A stretch of DNA of 9,545 bases from a virus (taxonomy: Duplodnaviria; Heunggongvirae; Uroviricota; Caudoviricetes). The notes under the pieces were generated by a model. It did not search any database. It had not been told where the DNA came from and worked only from the letters and a program-made list of their open reading frames with translations. This document shows, piece by piece, positions 6,231-9,545 of the stretch. Every line of letters begins with the position of its first letter. Within the stretch, counting starts at the first letter, position 1. The stretch is taken from positions 1-9,545 of the IMG/VR virus record IMGVR_UViG_2778261641_000014; one strand, 5' to 3'. The translations under genes and the position numbers were made by a program.

Positions 6231-6254
6231 AAGCCGCCTGATGGCGGTTTTTTT
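6231..6254 (+). terminator. Rho-independent terminator
   Basis: AAGCCGCC / loop TGAT / GGCGGTT followed by a run of 7 T residues (6248-6254). Confidence 0.7.
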
Positions 6255-6268
6255 ATTGGAGACAAGAA

Positions 6269-6613
6269 ATGTCAGATTTGGCTATGAAGGTTTTGAAATG
6301 GCAATCGACTGGCGATGTTGGCATCAGTAGCGCAACTCTTGCCTCAATCGCATGTGGACTGAAAAAGAATATCTATGGTCATAGCTTCGGTGCTCCACAT
6401 GACGCAGCAGATTTCCGACGATGCGTTGCGCTTGTCGAGCAGATTCCAGAAATCAGGGATTCATTCGACAAGGTTGCAAAGCGCGTTCCGGCATTCAAAG
6501 GCATCCTCAACGAATGGGATTCTCTCGTTGCTCTGTTGAAGTCTGAAATGAAGATACACGGAAACAAAGCACCAGAGACTTACAGAAGAATTAGCGAGTT
6601 ACGCAAGGACTAA
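6269..6613 (+). CDS. Hypothetical protein (114 aa) immediately upstream of xis
   Basis: RBS GGAGA 6257-6261 before ATG 6269. It lies between a strong terminator and the excisionase gene. No family recognised. Confidence 0.55.
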   Translation: MSDLAMKVLKWQSTGDVGISSATLASIACGLKKNIYGHSFGAPHDAADFRRCVALVEQIPEIRDSFDKVAKRVPAFKGILNEWDSLVALLKSEMKIHGNKAPETYRRISELRKD

Positions 6614-6702
6614 CCACAGCCTCACACTCGATGAGGCCTGTTCATTTCTCAAGATATCCAGACCTACCGCAATAATACCAACTCAATAAATGGAGATTCC
6701 AA

Positions 6703-7050
6703 GTGGAAGAAGAAATCTTCACTCGTGAAGAGGCAGCATCGTATCTGAAGGTAGACAAAGGCACTATCACGCAGTGGATACGAAGTGGACGACTTCAGGC
6801 CGCAAAGATAAATCCAGATAAACCTAAAAGTCCATATCGCATTTGCAAGTCAGACTGCATTGCGGCGCTTAAGTCTGTGAGACACAATAGCGCGGTGAAT
6901 GCGGTTGATGTGCAGGAGGTTAAAGCATGTCAATCAAACTACGCGGTGGCACGTGGCACTGTGATTTCGTCGCGCCAGATGGATCAAGAGTTAGACGCTC
7001 TCTTGAAACATCGGACAAAAGGCAAGCGCAAGAACTTCACGATCGTCTGA
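6703..7050 (+). CDS. xis: Excisionase (HTH-type Xis / AlpA-like DNA-binding domain), overlapping int
   Basis: GTG 6703 with TGGAGA upstream. The N-terminal FTREEAASYLKVDKGTITQWIRSGRLQAAKI is a typical excisionase helix-turn-helix. The ORF runs 124 nt into int in another frame, as is usual for lambdoid xis-int pairs; the true 3' end is uncertain. Confidence 0.6.
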   Translation: MEEEIFTREEAASYLKVDKGTITQWIRSGRLQAAKINPDKPKSPYRICKSDCIAALKSVRHNSAVNAVDVQEVKACQSNYAVARGTVISSRQMDQELDALLKHRTKGKRKNFTIV

Positions 7051-8087
7051 AAGCAGAAGCGTGGAGAGTAAAAAATCTCGGGGAATCACCGAAAAAGCTA
7101 TTCAAGGAAGCCTGCATACGGTGGCTGCGTGAGAAATCGGATAAGAAGTCCATTGATGATGACAAGAGCATTATATCGTTCTGGATGTTGCACTTCAGAG
7201 AAACCATTCTCTCTGACATAACAACAGAAAAAATAATGGAGGCGGTAGACGGGATGGAAAACCGCCGCCATCGCCTGAACTGGGAGATGAGCCGGGACAG
7301 GTGTTTGCGGCTTGGCAAGCCAGTGCCGGAGTATAAACCAAAGCTTGCAAGCAAAGGAACGAAGACGAGGCATCTGGCAATACTTCGCGCCATTCTCAAT
7401 ATGGCTGTTGAATGGGGATGGCTTGACAGGGCACCCAAAATATCAACACCACGCGTTAAGAATGGACGCATCAGATGGCTTACAGAGGAGGAATCGAAGC
7501 GCCTGTTTGCAGAAATTGCTCCTCATTTCTTCCCTGTGGTCATGTTTGCAATCACGACAGGCCTTCGCCGTTCCAACGTTACAGACCTTGAGTGGTCACA
7601 GGTCGATCTGGATAAGAAAATGGCATGGATGCACCCTGATGAAACAAAAGCTGGCAATGCGATCGGAGTTCCTCTTAACGAAACCGCATGCCAGATATTA
7701 AGAAAACAGCAGGGGCTCCATAAGAGATGGGTATTTGTCCACACCAAACCTGCCTACCGAAGCGACGGAACAAAAACAGCAGCGGTAAGGAAGATGAGAA
7801 CCGACAGCAACAAGGCATGGAAGGGAGCGTTAAAGCGGGCAGGCATTAGCAACTTCCGCTTCCATGACCTGAGGCATACCTGGGCAAGCTGGCTGGTTCA
7901 GTCCGGTGTCTCTCTTCTTGCACTTAAAGAGATGGGAGGATGGGAAACTCTCGAAATGGTTCAAAGATACGCCCACCTTTCAGCCGGGCATCTCACCGAG
8001 CACGCGAGCAAAATCGATGCGATTATAAGTCGCAATGGCACAAATACGGCACAAGAGGAGAACGTAGTTTACTTAAATGTGAGGTAA
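6927..8087 (+). CDS. int: Tyrosine site-specific integrase (P22 Int / DLP12 IntD family), 386 aa
   Basis: Strong RBS AGGAGG 6914-6919 before ATG 6927. Catalytic-domain motifs TGLRRSN ... HDLRHTWASWLVQSGV ... LKEMGGWETLEMVQRYAHL fit the R...HxxR...Y pattern. The gene ends 14 bp before the tRNA 3' end. Confidence 0.9.
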   Translation: MSIKLRGGTWHCDFVAPDGSRVRRSLETSDKRQAQELHDRLKAEAWRVKNLGESPKKLFKEACIRWLREKSDKKSIDDDKSIISFWMLHFRETILSDITTEKIMEAVDGMENRRHRLNWEMSRDRCLRLGKPVPEYKPKLASKGTKTRHLAILRAILNMAVEWGWLDRAPKISTPRVKNGRIRWLTEEESKRLFAEIAPHFFPVVMFAITTGLRRSNVTDLEWSQVDLDKKMAWMHPDETKAGNAIGVPLNETACQILRKQQGLHKRWVFVHTKPAYRSDGTKTAAVRKMRTDSNKAWKGALKRAGISNFRFHDLRHTWASWLVQSGVSLLALKEMGGWETLEMVQRYAHLSAGHLTEHASKIDAIISRNGTNTAQEENVVYLNVR

Positions 8088-8101
8088 CTTATTGATTTAA
8101 A

Positions 8102-8177
8102 TGGTGCCGATAATAGGAGTCGAACCTACGACCTTCGCATTACGAATGCGCTGCTCTACCAACTGAGCTATATCGGC
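8102..8177 (-). tRNA. thrW: tRNA-Thr (anticodon CGU), thrW-type; prophage attachment site
   Basis: The reverse complement of 8102-8177 folds as a cloverleaf: acceptor GCCGATA, D-arm GCTC/GAGC, anticodon loop TTCGTAA (anticodon CGT), T-arm GGTTCGACTCC, 3' ACCA. 76 nt, matching E. coli thrW as I recall it. Confidence 0.9.
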
Positions 8178-8230
8178 CCTGAAAGGACATGTTCACGAAC
8201 GTGAATCACGGTGGACAAGGTTAAAACTAA

Positions 8231-8291
8231 CCGGGCGATGCGTCAATGGCCTTGTGAATCAAATGGCTACTTTTGCATCACCCGGTTTTAT
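8231..8291 (-). terminator. Possible proA terminator: long-range imperfect inverted repeat with flanking T-rich runs
   Basis: CCGGGCGATGC (8231-8241) pairs with GCATCACCCGG (8275-8285) with one mismatch and about 33 nt between the arms; T-rich sequence follows on both strands. The structure is atypical, so confidence is low. Confidence 0.35.
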
Positions 8292-9545
8292 TTACGCACG
8301 AATGGTGTAATCACCAATGCCGATCCACTTGTAAGTGGTCAGTGCTTCCAGCCCCATTGGGCCACGCGCGTGGAGTTTTTGTGTGCTTACCGCCACTTCC
8401 GCACCCAGACCAAACTGGCCGCCGTCGGTAAAACGCGTAGAGGCGTTAACGTAAACAGCGGACGAATCCACTTCGTTAACAAAACGCTGGGCGTTGCGCA
8501 TATCGCGGGTCAGGATCGCATCGGAGTGTTGTGTGCCGTGTTCACGAATATGGGCGATGGCATCGTCAAGATCGCTGACGATTTTGACGTTCAAATCTAA
8601 TGACAGAAACTCATCGTCATACTCTTCGGCTTTAACAGCAACCACCTTCGCAGGGCCTGCCTGCAACTGCGCCAGTGCAGCTGCATCTGCGTGTAATGTC
8701 ACGCCGCTTTCCGCCATTTGTTTGCTTAATGCGGGCAGGAAGCTATCGGCGATGTTTTTATTCACCAGCAACGTTTCAACCGTATTACATGTGCTCGGAC
8801 GCTGAGTTTTCGCGTTGACGATCACTTTTAATGCTTCAGCGATCTCTACACTTTCATCAACGTAAATATGGCATACGCCTATACCACCTGTGATCACCGG
8901 GATTGTCGACTGTTCACGGCACAGTTTATGCAAACCAGCGCCACCACGCGGGATCAGCATGTCGATGTATTTATCCATACGCAGCATTTCACTGACCAGC
9001 GCACGGTCAGGATTATCAATCGCCTGCACGGCACCCGCCGGTAAGCCGCAGGATTTCAGGGCGTCCTGAATCACCGCCACCGTTGCAGCGTTAGTGCGAC
9101 ACGTTTCTTTGCCACCGCGCAGGATCACCGCATTACCGGTTTTCAGGCACAGCGAAGCGACATCAACCGTCACGTTCGGGCGCGCTTCATAAATCACGCC
9201 AATAACCCCCAGCGGTACGCGACGACGCTCAAGACGCAGGCCGCTGTCCAGTACGCTGCCATCGATTACCTGCCCCACCGGATCGGCGAGGTTACACACC
9301 TGGCGCACATCATCGGCAATGCCTTTCAGCCGTGCGGGCGTCAGTGCCAGACGGTCAAGCATCGCTTCGCCAAGGCCATTGGCACGCGCGTCAGCAACAT
9401 CCTGGGCGTTAGCGTTGAGGATGATTTCGCTTTGTGCTTCCAGTTCATCGGCGATTTTTTCCAGCACGCGATTTTTTTCGCGGCTGGAGAGTTGCGCTAA
9501 TTTATACGAGGCTTGCTTCGCGGCAATGCCCATTTGTTCCAGCAT
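8292..9545 (-). CDS. proA: Gamma-glutamyl phosphate reductase (glutamate-5-semialdehyde dehydrogenase), complete, 417 aa
   Basis: Full-length minus-strand ORF whose translation ([38 protein letters not shown] ... [12 protein letters not shown]) is recognisable as E. coli ProA. The start codon is the last three bases of the window. Confidence 0.95.
   Translation of the reverse strand: MLEQMGIAAKQASYKLAQLSSREKNRVLEKIADELEAQSEIILNANAQDVADARANGLGEAMLDRLALTPARLKGIADDVRQVCNLADPVGQVIDGSVLDSGLRLERRRVPLGVIGVIYEARPNVTVDVASLCLKTGNAVILRGGKETCRTNAATVAVIQDALKSCGLPAGAVQAIDNPDRALVSEMLRMDKYIDMLIPRGGAGLHKLCREQSTIPVITGGIGVCHIYVDESVEIAEALKVIVNAKTQRPSTCNTVETLLVNKNIADSFLPALSKQMAESGVTLHADAAALAQLQAGPAKVVAVKAEEYDDEFLSLDLNVKIVSDLDDAIAHIREHGTQHSDAILTRDMRNAQRFVNEVDSSAVYVNASTRFTDGGQFGLGAEVAVSTQKLHARGPMGLEALTTYKWIGIGDYTIRA

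Larger units (their letters stand above)
1..8101. mobile_element. Partial P22-like lambdoid prophage (early-left operon through xis-int), integrated at tRNA-Thr; left boundary lies outside the window
   Basis: Gene order N-like / cIII-like / kil-like / erf / ssb / ea-region ORFs / xis / int on one strand, ending 14 bp from the 3' end of a tRNA-Thr gene that sits next to host proA. This is the classical lambdoid pL operon layout with int adjacent to att. Confidence 0.8.

Noticed and set aside
7037-7747. Antisense and out-of-frame ORFs inside the integrase gene (7037-7471 -, 7098-7373 -, 7195-7380 -, 7312-7701 +, 7523-7747 -)
   Set aside because: They are fully embedded in a well-supported integrase CDS, have no RBS, and have low-complexity Ser/Pro/Leu-rich translations typical of spurious frames.
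8211-8805. Plus-strand ORFs 8211-8600 and 8494-8805 opposite proA
   Set aside because: They overlap the complete, recognisable proA on the other strand and are antisense artefacts of a GC-rich gene.
1-9545. CRISPR arrays, IS elements/transposases, rRNA
   Set aside because: I saw no spaced direct repeats, no transposase-like ORFs or terminal inverted repeats, and no rRNA-like sequence. The only mobile-element signature is the prophage itself.

Overview
This window reads as the int-proximal end of a P22-like lambdoid prophage (about 1-8101) inserted at tRNA-Thr(CGU) (thrW-type, 8102-8177, minus strand) beside a complete host proA (8292-9545, minus strand; E. coli-type gamma-glutamyl phosphate reductase). 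Everything phage-side is on the + strand and follows the early-left (pL) operon order: an upstream terminator, a candidate operator/pL region, a nutL boxB hairpin that matches the P22 boxB as I recall it, an N-like antiterminator, two small ORFs, a tL1-like terminator, an acidic low-GC ORF, cIII-like and Kil-like small proteins, an Erf annealing protein overlapping a phage SSB, a run of small 'ea-region' ORFs (including Ead/Ea22-like and DUF551-like), a zinc-ribbon miniprotein, a strong terminator, an orphan ORF, then xis and a P22-Int-family integrase ending 14 bp from the tRNA 3' end. No CRISPR array, rRNA or transposase was seen. I could not find a large enzymatic defence system; the best candidates for something undescribed are small accessory genes in classical anti-defence positions: the acidic ORF at 1585-1953, the two ORFs between N and the first terminator (876-1410), and the translationally coupled cassette at 3876-5290. 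All family assignments are from reading the translations and from memory of family signatures; no database search was run.
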